A stretch of DNA of 64,000 bases from Candidatus Moraniibacteriota bacterium (lineage in GTDB: Bacteria; Patescibacteriota; Minisyncoccia; Moranbacterales; UBA1568). The notes beneath the pieces were generated by a model. The model was not told where the DNA came from, ran no database searches, and saw only the letters and a list, made by a program, of their open reading frames with translations. The DNA lies in contig JAQTYF010000001.1 in the NCBI GenBank assembly GCA_028688415.1, positions 400,627 through 464,626 of the forward strand, written 5' to 3'. This document shows, piece after piece, positions 28,261 to 37,632 of the stretch. Each line of letters opens with the position of its first letter. Positions within the stretch are counted from its first letter, which is position 1. The position numbers were made by a program, and so were the translations under genes.

Positions 28261-28510
28261 AAAAGAGGGTTGTTCCTGAAAATTATTTTTTCTTGCTCCT
28301 ATTTCTCTGTCGGTAACTTTTGCGATGAAAGTGTCGTTAGAAACGGAGCGTGACCCGGCCTCGCTCTCGCTCGTCGAGGCGGGCGGATGCCTGCCTGTCG
28401 GCAGACAGGGTCTCGACAGGACAGTGACGTTTATCGACAACTGAGTCGGAAAAGTTCGACGGAGAAAGAAGGGAGAGAAAAGATAATTTTCAGAAACAAC
28501 AAACACTTTT
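28261..28510. repeat. About 250-bp long imperfect hairpin element carrying two nested small palindromes
   Basis: Nested complementary arms, e.g. GTTGTTCCTGAAAATTAT/ATAATTTTCAGAAACAAC and TTTCTCTGTCG/CGACGGAGAAA; palindromes at 28354-28383 and 28390-28409. Confidence 0.7.
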
Positions 28511-28545
28511 ACTTTATTGTACCACAAAAAGTCTTGTTTGAAAGC

Positions 28546-28570
28546 AAAAATGCCCGAATCGGGCATTTTT
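28546..28570 (-). terminator. Terminator after the DUF4012 gene
   Basis: AAAAATGCCCG-AAT-CGGGCATTTTT. Confidence 0.7.
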
Positions 28571-28602
28571 ACAACGGTGCACATGCAGGAACAACGTTTT
28601 CT

Positions 28603-29973
28603 CTATTCACTTTCACTCAACACTTGATCTTGGTTGAGTATCATATTTTTCTCTTCTTTCGATCCATCTTTCTTGATCACCGTTACAGATATTGGCACAT
28701 CGCTCAGTCCTGATTGTTTTTGTATTTTGAGATCATACCATTCACGATTGAAATCTGATGGCAGTGTATACTCGAACGTTACTGTCTTCTCTGAAAGGAT
28801 CGGGATATGCACGATGACACCCACATATTTTTTGTTGAAGTCTTCTCCATACACCGGTGCTTTCGATGCCCCCTGTACTGTCTTTATATAACTCCCCTGT
28901 GGAATGTACACACGGAGGAATGTTTGATAATCCTTCGCAAACCAATCTTTTATTTTTGCCGTGTTTTTATAGGTGACAGCAAGTGATGCCTGAGGTATTT
29001 CAGAGGAAAGATCGATTGTGTATGCATACGAACGCTTCATATAATAATCACTCTTAAAAGAGTTCAAATTCGCATCCACCAAAAGAAGATAATCATTCCT
29101 CCACTTCTCATCTACTTTCCCGTCCCATCCAGAGAAAGCAATTTCTTCTTGTAACAATTCATCCTTAAATGCAAGTTGGATATCTTTGCTTCGAAGGTCA
29201 TCAAGTATCACTTGAAACAATTCGTATTTCTTTGAAAATGAGAGCTCTTTCACTTGTTTGAGAATTTCAAAACCGAGAATACTCATCACCGACTTACGAT
29301 CACCGAAAGCAATATCCTGTCTCAAATACCCTTGTTCCACTTGATATTCGAGGTCCAAGACTGCATTGTCAGCACCATACGTCCCTGGAAACCCCTCGAG
29401 TGTTACTGGTCCAGTCACGCGGAGGAATGACGAGAGAACATTGGTCGTAATAGCAACCACTCCGTCAAATTGTTCTTGTCCTTGTCCCATCTGATAAAAC
29501 AATTCTGCTTGTTTCGCATTGAGAGGAAAATCTGGAGAATAGTTTGAGTCACGGAATTTCCAAGAATTGATTCCGAGAGTTTCTTTCATCGGATACGGAG
29601 GAAGTACTGTACTCGGGATACGCCCATCGAAATTACCGGTATCATGAATAGCGAGATCAGTTACTGTACCGTCTTTTATCTTCAGTATGCCAAATGAACC
29701 GATGAACCCACCTCCTGGTCGAAGTTCGAGATTATTCTGAAAAAGAATAAGGAAAACTTTTTCTTGTCCTTGGGTAGAGAGGACGGCATCAGCGAGCGAG
29801 ATGACGGTCTCGAGATCAGCTCTTGTTTCTTGTGAAATTGGTACAAGTCCGAGCATGCGTTTGAGACTACCGAATCCCTGATTCTTCACTTCCCAAAAAA
29901 TAAACCAGCCTGTCAAAGAAATGACCGACACGATAACGAATGATACCCAGAATTGAGTCGAATATTTTTTCAT
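28603..29973 (-). CDS. DUF4012 domain membrane-anchored protein
   Basis: LILFQNNLELRPGGGFIGSFG, RDSNYSPDFP, VDANL..FKSD. Confidence 0.85.
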   Translation of the reverse strand: MKKYSTQFWVSFVIVSVISLTGWFIFWEVKNQGFGSLKRMLGLVPISQETRADLETVISLADAVLSTQGQEKVFLILFQNNLELRPGGGFIGSFGILKIKDGTVTDLAIHDTGNFDGRIPSTVLPPYPMKETLGINSWKFRDSNYSPDFPLNAKQAELFYQMGQGQEQFDGVVAITTNVLSSFLRVTGPVTLEGFPGTYGADNAVLDLEYQVEQGYLRQDIAFGDRKSVMSILGFEILKQVKELSFSKKYELFQVILDDLRSKDIQLAFKDELLQEEIAFSGWDGKVDEKWRNDYLLLVDANLNSFKSDYYMKRSYAYTIDLSSEIPQASLAVTYKNTAKIKDWFAKDYQTFLRVYIPQGSYIKTVQGASKAPVYGEDFNKKYVGVIVHIPILSEKTVTFEYTLPSDFNREWYDLKIQKQSGLSDVPISVTVIKKDGSKEEKNMILNQDQVLSESE

Positions 29974-29975
29974 AG

Positions 29976-31106
29976 TTATTTCTCTATATGAGCGAGTAAC
30001 GCATTCAAACGACGACGATATTCTTCTTGTGTTGGTTCGCTTGGTTCTGTTGGTTCAAGGGAAATGGTCGGGGCTATTCGTTCTTCTTGCGTTTGTTTCT
30101 CATGATTTGTATCGGACTTTAGAGTTTCAAATGGCACTGCCTCAGACGGCACTGTCATTTCTGTATGAACAACATCTTCTTCTGATACTGTTTCAAAGGT
30201 AAATGGCAAAGCATCTTCATCGGCAACTGGAAGATTTCTCTCATCGAGAGATCCCCCTTCGGCTTGAAGGCTTTTTTCTTGCCACTCTTCGTCTTTTGAT
30301 TTCTCTTGAACGAGGTTTTCTGAAAGTTCCTGTTTCCATTGTTGTTCTTCAAACGAAAGTGTATGCGGTTTTTCTGGAATGAATTTTTTCGGATCAATAA
30401 AAACATCCATAGTGTCCGTATCAAACTCTGGATACGCACGTCTTGCAAGATATTCATTTTCAGATGAAGTTTCGAGCGAAGGAATTGTTTCTCGTCCTTT
30501 CGTCCTCATCCCCATCCATTCAGGAAGGATTCGCAGAAGAAAAAAGAAGCATGTGGTCAAGGATATACTGGTCAGAAGACTAATACCGATGAATGACCAT
30601 GGTGTATCCATAGAATACGAAACAATCGGTCCATCGACGACACGCATGTCAACACCTGTTTTCACATCATAGTAGAGACCGGCGACAGAAAACAGTGTTT
30701 GTGCTGTTTGCGAAGCGAGACGTTTTGATTTTTCTGGCGTATCACCCTGCGCACGAATAATGAGCATTCCACCTCCATCTTGCAAAGTAAGAGAAACGAG
30801 CTGTTGCCATTTCTCCTTACGTGCATCTGGTGCATACCCGACGAAATCATCATCGATCAAATCATTATCGGCAAGGAGACGATTATAGAAAGAAAGTGTC
30901 TGCGAAAGTCCTCGCATCGTTTGAGCTATCTCTGATGGTTGCTCCACTGTAGACTGAGCAATGACTACAATGGTCACTTCCGCATTGTAACTACGAAAGA
31001 AATCCAACCAAAAAAGACCCGAAGCAAACGTCACAAAAAAAAGTGTGACGGCAAAAGCTCTCCAAAATGATGAGTGGTGCCATTTATTTGGTACGGTATG
31101 AGGCAT
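29976..31106 (-). CDS. Wzz/CpsC-like two-TM protein with acidic cytoplasmic tail
   Basis: Two TMs flanking an extracellular domain; context of glycosyltransferases. Confidence 0.55.
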   Translation of the reverse strand: MPHTVPNKWHHSSFWRAFAVTLFFVTFASGLFWLDFFRSYNAEVTIVVIAQSTVEQPSEIAQTMRGLSQTLSFYNRLLADNDLIDDDFVGYAPDARKEKWQQLVSLTLQDGGGMLIIRAQGDTPEKSKRLASQTAQTLFSVAGLYYDVKTGVDMRVVDGPIVSYSMDTPWSFIGISLLTSISLTTCFFFLLRILPEWMGMRTKGRETIPSLETSSENEYLARRAYPEFDTDTMDVFIDPKKFIPEKPHTLSFEEQQWKQELSENLVQEKSKDEEWQEKSLQAEGGSLDERNLPVADEDALPFTFETVSEEDVVHTEMTVPSEAVPFETLKSDTNHEKQTQEERIAPTISLEPTEPSEPTQEEYRRRLNALLAHIEK

Positions 31107-32253
31107 AGTGTTCTTTCGCATTATGATATCCGTGCAGAGCATCCTCATACACTTCGAGTGTTTTACGCGCTATCGCTTCCCAACTATAATTGTCCAAAAT
31201 ACGCTCTTTGGCTATCTTGCCTAGAGCTCTGACTTCATCAGGTCGGTTGATGAAATACGCCAATTCTTTTTTCAAACTCTCCACATCTTTATTCGGAAAC
31301 AAAACACCCGTATTGGCTACTGCCTCACGATTCGCAGGGATATCACTGACGATTGGCATGAGTCCGTGTCCCATTGCTTCGAGGAGTGCGATAGACAGTC
31401 CTTCATCTTCAGATGGCTGCACAAAAAGATACGCATGTGAAAACAACTCATCGAGCGCTTTGCCTGTCTGTTCTCCAGTAAAGATAACATTACGACGATT
31501 ATGCGCTATTACCTTGAGAAACGTCTCGTATTCTTCCGTATGTGCAGGTGCACCAACAATCACAAGCTTGAAATTATTTGGGAGTTTATTTGTATCTTCC
31601 AATTCATTGAACGCTTTGATGAGATAGTGAATACCTTTGTGCGCTATCAATCGACTGACTGACAATATATATCGGTTCGGACGAATATTCCATTTGTTCA
31701 ACATTTCCGTCTCTGATTCATATGACACATCTGCACCATTTGGCACACAAACGAACGTACGCTTATACGTTGCTTCGACATATTTCTGCAGTGTTTCACT
31801 GATGACAATCGTTTTATCAGGAATCGTACAAATCATTTTTTCTGAAAAATGCAAAAAGGCTCGCGCAAATACATTCCATTTTTGATGAAAATAATCACGA
31901 CTATGAAACGTCGCTATCACTGACATATCAGGACGAAGAAGTTTCGGGATAAAAGAAAGAATACTCGGCCCGATAGAATGATAGTGCACGACATCATAAT
32001 TCTGAAACAAGGCATGCACAGTCGCAATAAATGTGTGCGTAATCGCATCGAGATGTTTCGTCTTGATGCTCGGAAGCGAGATGAGTTTCACTCCTTTGTA
32101 CATCTTCAGTGTTTTATCGGTATAGGACGGTCTGGTATAGACCACGACTTCGTGACCAAGGAGTGCCAGTTGCACCACTAATTTCTCGACGTGTTTTTCA
32201 ACACCGCCCGAGAGACTTGGTATTCCTTTTTGACCGATAAAAGCTATTCTCAT
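31084..32253 (-). CDS. GT4-family glycosyltransferase
   Basis: MRIAFIGQKGIP..GGVE, VSRL..HKG, PSEDEGLSIALLEAM. Confidence 0.92.
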   Translation of the reverse strand: MRIAFIGQKGIPSLSGGVEKHVEKLVVQLALLGHEVVVYTRPSYTDKTLKMYKGVKLISLPSIKTKHLDAITHTFIATVHALFQNYDVVHYHSIGPSILSFIPKLLRPDMSVIATFHSRDYFHQKWNVFARAFLHFSEKMICTIPDKTIVISETLQKYVEATYKRTFVCVPNGADVSYESETEMLNKWNIRPNRYILSVSRLIAHKGIHYLIKAFNELEDTNKLPNNFKLVIVGAPAHTEEYETFLKVIAHNRRNVIFTGEQTGKALDELFSHAYLFVQPSEDEGLSIALLEAMGHGLMPIVSDIPANREAVANTGVLFPNKDVESLKKELAYFINRPDEVRALGKIAKERILDNYSWEAIARKTLEVYEDALHGYHNAKEHYASYRTK

Positions 32254-32285
32254 ACTCAAATTTTTTGATCTACCAAAAATTGTTC

Positions 32286-33269
32286 CTAAAAACCACGGAC
32301 GATTGGGGAAAAAGAACCGAGAATATTCCCTTCAATATGATCCACATTCACTCCTGTTCCGTATTGCAGTCCTCCAAAAGTATTGACACCAGCTGGTGTA
32401 CGGGCGATGCGAGCGATACCATAGTGACCATTGTTGAAAAGAGTCGCTTTCTTGAAACCGATAGTACCAGCTGCTCCATAAGCATTTACCTCTACTCCTT
32501 CACGGCCATTGTTTCGGATGTTATTTTTCTTACTCCAGATTTCAGATTCATCCAATACGAGTTTCAGACCACTGCCTTTGTTTCCGCTGAAACTATTTTT
32601 CTCGAGCCAAGCTTCGGTTCCCATCGCAAAGTCAACACCGTCACTTTTATTCGAAGTAACGTAACTATTCGTAAGCACGATGAAGCGTTTCTCTGCGAAA
32701 ATACCCGCACGATCGTTTTGAGTGATTTCCACGGTATCAAGAAGGACACGATGTTGCTTGTCAGTTTTTGCAGAATCGATATGGATACCATCACGATTAC
32801 TGTTTTTGACAACGACGTTATAGAGATGAGCTTTCGCGTCCGTCACGATACGTACACCGTGTCGTCCACCTTTGACAGTCACATAACTCAATTTAGATTG
32901 ATCTTTCATGGTCACGGCCGGACGATCTTCATTCTTCGCTTTGATCACGACTTTTTCTCGCTTATTGCTGTCGCCGACAACTTTCACGTCTTTCGGAATG
33001 GTGATATTTTCTTTGTACTCACCATTTTTGACTCGTACTTCTGTGCCTTTTTTCACATGATCAAGTGCCTGAGAGATACTGTGATACGGATGAGTGGCTG
33101 TACCTTCTTCAGAGCCACTCGCATCTTTATCAACAAAAACTATTTTTGAACCACCAAAAACAACCACTGGAATGATGACGATGAGCGCGAGTATCAAACC
33201 AATAAAAACCTCTTTCGAAAGCCAAAAATTGCGATTGAACATAGAAATAGAGTGATAGTTCTTAAACAT
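32286..33269 (-). CDS. Membrane-anchored right-handed beta-helix (pectin lyase-like) protein
   Basis: TM, then VFVD...GTATHPYHSISQAL...GEYKE and repeated N..DGI/N..EGV parallel beta-helix units. Confidence 0.8.
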   Translation of the reverse strand: MFKNYHSISMFNRNFWLSKEVFIGLILALIVIIPVVVFGGSKIVFVDKDASGSEEGTATHPYHSISQALDHVKKGTEVRVKNGEYKENITIPKDVKVVGDSNKREKVVIKAKNEDRPAVTMKDQSKLSYVTVKGGRHGVRIVTDAKAHLYNVVVKNSNRDGIHIDSAKTDKQHRVLLDTVEITQNDRAGIFAEKRFIVLTNSYVTSNKSDGVDFAMGTEAWLEKNSFSGNKGSGLKLVLDESEIWSKKNNIRNNGREGVEVNAYGAAGTIGFKKATLFNNGHYGIARIARTPAGVNTFGGLQYGTGVNVDHIEGNILGSFSPIVRGF

Positions 33270-33357
33270 AACATATTAGCAAATTTTGACCATTTTGTCA
33301 AGGGTAGATTTTTCAGCTATACTAGAAAGCATTCGGCTTTATATAAAACAAAAAACT

Positions 33358-35469
33358 ATGCAATTTGAAACACTTTTTTCTCCAAAATCTATCGCAGTCA
33401 TCGGAGCATCCACACAGGTTGGCACGGTCGGCTACACCCTCACCGAAAACCTTCTCCAAAACGGATACACTGGGAAGGTCTATCCGGTCAATCCAAAAAC
33501 GGATACACTCTTCAATCTCCCTTGTTATGCAAACATTTCTCTTATTCCCTACGACATCGAACTCGCTATCATTATTGTTCCAGCACATATCGTCCCTGTC
33601 GTTCTTCGCGAAGTCGCTGCCAAAGGCATAGCCTCCGCGATCATCATCTCTGCCGGGTTCAAAGAAACAGGTGAAGCCGGAGAGAAGCTCGAAATGGAAA
33701 TAACAACTATTGCACGAGAAAATAATATCGCTCTTCTCGGACCGAATTGTCTCGGATTTCTCCGCCCTTCTCTCGGGCTCAATGCTTCTTTTGCAAAAAT
33801 TCTTCCGAGTGATGGACACATCGCTTTCTTCTCTCAGAGCGGTGCTCTTTGTACAGCCCTCCTCGATCTCACCACGACGTCACTTGGCTTCTCACATTTT
33901 GTGAGCATCGGTAACAAAGCTATCATCGATGAGAACACCCTTCTTCAATTTTTCTCTGCCGATAAAAATGTTTCTGTCATCAGTTGTTATACCGAAGGCG
34001 TCACTGATGCCAACAAAATGATAGAAACGGGTCGTGCTATACTCGCGAGATCCGATGCCAAACCAATCATCGCTCTTAAATCAGGAACGACCACTGCCGG
34101 CACGCAGGCATCAAGCTCTCATACGGGTGCTCTCGCCGGGAGCGATGCAGCTTACATCGCACTCTTCAAACAATCTCGCATCATCCGTGCGGAGAGTCTC
34201 GAAAATCTGATCGATCTCCTCACAGTTTTTTCTCACAACACCCTTCCAGAAGACAACCGCGTCGCTATTATTACGAATGCTGGAGGACTCGGTGTTCTCG
34301 CTACGGATGCTGCCATCGAGAGCGGTCTCCGTATTGCGCCCCTCAGTAATGTGACCAAGTCACGGCTACGTGATGTCCTCCCTCCGTCTGCCAGCGTGAA
34401 CAATCCAGTTGATGTACTCGGTGATGCACTCGCAGAACGTTATGAACACGCACTCGAAGTAGTAGTCAGAGATGAATCCGTCGATATGATACTTGTCATC
34501 GTCACCCCACAGACCATGACGGAAGATGTGAAGACTGCCGAAGCACTCATTGCTATAAAAAAGCACTACAACAAACCAATTGTTGCTGTGTTTGCTGGTC
34601 AAGAATCATTCCGTGCTGGGAGCGACCTCCTGAAATCTCATGGTGTGGCCGTCCTCACCTATCCAGAATCCGGTATGCGAGCACTCGGATCACTCGCTCA
34701 GGTTACCAAGTGGCGTAAACAGCTCATTGTTCCAGAGATAACTCTCAGTAATATCGACAAGGAAAAGGCTCGAAAAATACTCGATGATGTACAAAAAAAT
34801 GGTCGCGCGACGCCGACTGAAAAAGAAACGAGCGAAATCCTCAGTGCTTATGGATTCCCCTTCTTTGCTACCTATGAAGTACAAACGAGAGAAGAGGCTA
34901 TTTCTGCAGGACAGAAAATCGGCAAAAAAGTCGCTCTCAAAATCGTCTCGCCAGACATCATTCACAAATCCGATGCGGGCGGAGTAATACTTGGTATCGA
35001 TTCAAGCGACGTCGGAGAGGCCTACGATCGGCTGATGGTCACGGTCAAGAAAAATGTTCCTGACGCACATATCACTGGTGCACTCGTCGTCGAAATGGCA
35101 GAATCGGGTGGTAAAGAACTCCTCCTCGGACTCAAGAAAGAACCCGGACTCGGTACCCTCCTTGTTTTCGGTCTCGGTGGTATCTATGTCGAAACACTCA
35201 AAGATGTCACGATGCGTTTTGTTCCAACCAATGAAACTGATATCGATGAAATGATCCGAGAAATAAAAAGTTTTGCCATTCTCTCCGGAGTACGAGGTGA
35301 ATCGGGTATCGATATGTCCTATCTGAGAGAAGTCTTGATGCGTCTGACACAGTTTGCAATAGATTTCCCGGAAGTCGCTGAGCTCGATATCAACCCTCTC
35401 CTTTCCTTTCCTCAAAAAGAAAATTTCCGTGTTCTCGATGCGCGTATCCGTCTCGAAAAAACGCTCTGA
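33358..35469 (+). CDS. ADP-forming acetate/acyl-CoA synthetase (fused alpha+beta subunits)
   Basis: PKSIAVIGAS, GPNCLG, SQSGAL, SHTGALAG (phospho-His), NAGGLG, ATP-grasp HKSDAGGV, ELDINPL. Confidence 0.93.
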   Translation: MQFETLFSPKSIAVIGASTQVGTVGYTLTENLLQNGYTGKVYPVNPKTDTLFNLPCYANISLIPYDIELAIIIVPAHIVPVVLREVAAKGIASAIIISAGFKETGEAGEKLEMEITTIARENNIALLGPNCLGFLRPSLGLNASFAKILPSDGHIAFFSQSGALCTALLDLTTTSLGFSHFVSIGNKAIIDENTLLQFFSADKNVSVISCYTEGVTDANKMIETGRAILARSDAKPIIALKSGTTTAGTQASSSHTGALAGSDAAYIALFKQSRIIRAESLENLIDLLTVFSHNTLPEDNRVAIITNAGGLGVLATDAAIESGLRIAPLSNVTKSRLRDVLPPSASVNNPVDVLGDALAERYEHALEVVVRDESVDMILVIVTPQTMTEDVKTAEALIAIKKHYNKPIVAVFAGQESFRAGSDLLKSHGVAVLTYPESGMRALGSLAQVTKWRKQLIVPEITLSNIDKEKARKILDDVQKNGRATPTEKETSEILSAYGFPFFATYEVQTREEAISAGQKIGKKVALKIVSPDIIHKSDAGGVILGIDSSDVGEAYDRLMVTVKKNVPDAHITGALVVEMAESGGKELLLGLKKEPGLGTLLVFGLGGIYVETLKDVTMRFVPTNETDIDEMIREIKSFAILSGVRGESGIDMSYLREVLMRLTQFAIDFPEVAELDINPLLSFPQKENFRVLDARIRLEKTL

Positions 35470-35539
35470 TATTTCCTCGAGAAAATGAAAAAGGCAGGGA
35501 AGAAAGATTTCTTCTCTGCCTTTTATATCTCGTACTCCA

Positions 35540-35638
35540 TCACATATGACGGAGCATCGGCATTCCGATCAGCGCCAGCACCAAAAGCACGGCAATCACG
35601 ATGCCCACAGTGAATTTGTCTTCAGGCTTCAGATTCAT
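35540..35638 (-). CDS. 32-aa single-TM peptide
   Basis: MNLKPEDKFTVGIVIAVLLVLALIGMPMLRHM; GGAGG SD, overlaps the stop of the upstream gene. Confidence 0.5.
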   Translation of the reverse strand: MNLKPEDKFTVGIVIAVLLVLALIGMPMLRHM

Positions 35639-36036
35639 CACGCCTCCCGTTTCTTGGAGAAGGTACTGATGAAATTGAGCACGTCTGGAATCGTTTTCAC
35701 GACTCCTCGCGATTCTCTCACCCTCGGATTCTTCTCCGAGGGTGAGAGCCAGCACCAGATGTCGAAACCTAGGGGAAGCACTTTCACGGTACACTTCCCC
35801 GGGTTGTACGGCGACCCTTCGAAAGAAATCACCGGACGCCAGTCGTTTGCCATCACACTCTGCTCGAGCGTGCGGTACCGATCGGCATACTGCGCCGAGG
35901 TGAGAAGCTCAACCGCCACGAGCTTCTCTGCCTTTATCGAGACAGGGAAGAACGTGACGGCCACTCCATCTTCGATCCCCTGCGCCCACACCGGTCCGAT
36001 AAAAAAAGAAAGAAAAAAAAGAAAATATTTGATCAT
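35638..36036 (-). CDS. Secreted hypothetical protein
   Basis: Signal peptide MIKYFLFFLSFFIGPVWA; GGAGG SD; GC-richer than neighbours. Confidence 0.6.
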   Translation of the reverse strand: MIKYFLFFLSFFIGPVWAQGIEDGVAVTFFPVSIKAEKLVAVELLTSAQYADRYRTLEQSVMANDWRPVISFEGSPYNPGKCTVKVLPLGFDIWCWLSPSEKNPRVRESRGVVKTIPDVLNFISTFSKKREA

Positions 36037-36226
36037 TTCTGACCTCCATTTTTTGTTGAAGAACGCGAGAAAAAAAACAAAAATGCCAATGCTCGACCCA
36101 TACTTTTCACTCCTTTTGTTGTTAAAAAACCATCCTAAACACGAATTACTATTATAGCACTTTTTACCCATCTTGTAAAGGGCACTCACTTCAATCCAAT
36201 TCTGAAACACAACATCTAAATATAGG

Positions 36227-36415
36227 AAATGTTTCTATCCAATACCCAAAAGAATTTTTTGTTGGTTGCTCCACTTGTTTGAGACGGCTTTCTTTGATCG
36301 AAAAATTTCCTATGGATGCCGTAGAGTGAGGGAATATTTTTCGCAAGCAAAGAAAGTCGGTGAGGCTGGAGCAGAGACAAAAAATTACTTTTGGGTATTG
36401 AAAGAAGTTGCATTT
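36227..36415. repeat. About 190-bp long bulged hairpin (repeat element or ncRNA)
   Basis: CAATACCCAAAAG (36240-36252)/CTTTTGGGTATTG (36388-36400), TGCTCCA/TGGAGCA, GGCTTTCTTTG/CAAAGAAAGTC. Confidence 0.6.
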
Positions 36416-36435
36416 GAGAATGAAATGAAAGAAAT

Positions 36436-37626
36436 TTATTTCTCTTTTTTCAACGAATGAAGAAGTGCTTCAAAATGCTTCAGATAGGATTTTTCTCCAA
36501 ATCGCTCTTCTATTTGCTTCTGTATTGCAGGACCATCAAACATCTGTTTCCTGGCAAAGAAATCACCAAGCGCTCTCGCAAGTGCGTTCGTATCAGATGC
36601 AAGAAAACCATTTACTCCATTCACAATGATTTCACTCAGTGCTCCAGCCCGAAGTCCGAAGAATGGTTTACCAAAACTTCCTGCTTCGAGAGCAAGCAGG
36701 CCAAAGGTTTCTGGAAGAGATGAAGCGCTGACGACACACGAAGCGCTATGCATCAGCACCGCCATTTGCTCCCGTGTTTGCTTACCGAGATACGTCACCA
36801 TCTCACTCGAACGTATGGCAAAACCATTCTCACACGTACCCGCGAGCACAAACGGAATACGTACCCGCTCACAGATATCAACAAGTATGTCGACTCCTTT
36901 TTCCTTGGAGAGACTGCCTCCATAAAGTGCGTATTCTCTAGGTATTTTAGCGAGAGATATTCTCTGTATCTCTTTCACTTCTTGTTTCATTACGAAATGC
37001 GGTATGATAGTGATCTTCTCGATCGACATACCCGCCTCCACCAAAATATTTTTCACATACTGACTCGGTACGATATAGGCATCGATATTTTTTTCATAGA
37101 AACCCATACTATCTTCCCAATATTTTTTGAGGACAAGAAGGAATCTTTTCCCAAAACTATACTTCTTCATAAAAAGAAATTTGTAATAGTGTTTCCCTAC
37201 TTGAGGATAGTATGCGTCTTTATCCGGAGAGACGAGATTGTAGTCGTGTATGGTCATGATCATCGGTATTCCGAGCGATTTGATCGGTCCGAGTATTGAA
37301 GGCGATAACTGATGATAGATATTGTGGAGATGCACCACATCAGGTTTGAAATCATCGAGCAGTCGCTTCATTTTGCTTCGCGCTTCGAAAGACCAGAAGA
37401 GCCTCCCTATTCCGATCACTCTCTGAAGTAATGTCGAATCATATGTGTTGTATCCGACATAGTTCACTTGATACGGTGCGCTTTCGGGATCGCTCTCTTG
37501 TTTGTAATCGAGAGCGAGCGTCATAACTTCGTGCCCATTTCTTCGCAGAAGATCTCTGACATCGAGAAAATGCCGTTCCGCACCACGACGCATATACGCA
37601 TATTTATTGACTTCGAGAATTTTCAT
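36436..37626 (-). CDS. GT4-family glycosyltransferase
   Basis: KPDVVHLHNIYHQLSPS, TIHDY, KEKG, PETFGLLALEA. Confidence 0.9.
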   Translation of the reverse strand: MKILEVNKYAYMRRGAERHFLDVRDLLRRNGHEVMTLALDYKQESDPESAPYQVNYVGYNTYDSTLLQRVIGIGRLFWSFEARSKMKRLLDDFKPDVVHLHNIYHQLSPSILGPIKSLGIPMIMTIHDYNLVSPDKDAYYPQVGKHYYKFLFMKKYSFGKRFLLVLKKYWEDSMGFYEKNIDAYIVPSQYVKNILVEAGMSIEKITIIPHFVMKQEVKEIQRISLAKIPREYALYGGSLSKEKGVDILVDICERVRIPFVLAGTCENGFAIRSSEMVTYLGKQTREQMAVLMHSASCVVSASSLPETFGLLALEAGSFGKPFFGLRAGALSEIIVNGVNGFLASDTNALARALGDFFARKQMFDGPAIQKQIEERFGEKSYLKHFEALLHSLKKEK

Positions 37627-37632
37627 AGAATT

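Noticed and set aside
28240-28713. ORFs 28240-28584 (-) and 28387-28713 (+), and similarly 48561-48797, 1761-2003 and 46660-47312
   Set aside because: Spurious translations of hairpin, repeat or tRNA sequence
32265-33149. Long antisense ORFs (32265-33149, 58383-59243, 20493-21152, 56360-57007 and others)
   Set aside because: Shadow frames opposite well-supported genes, with no motifs
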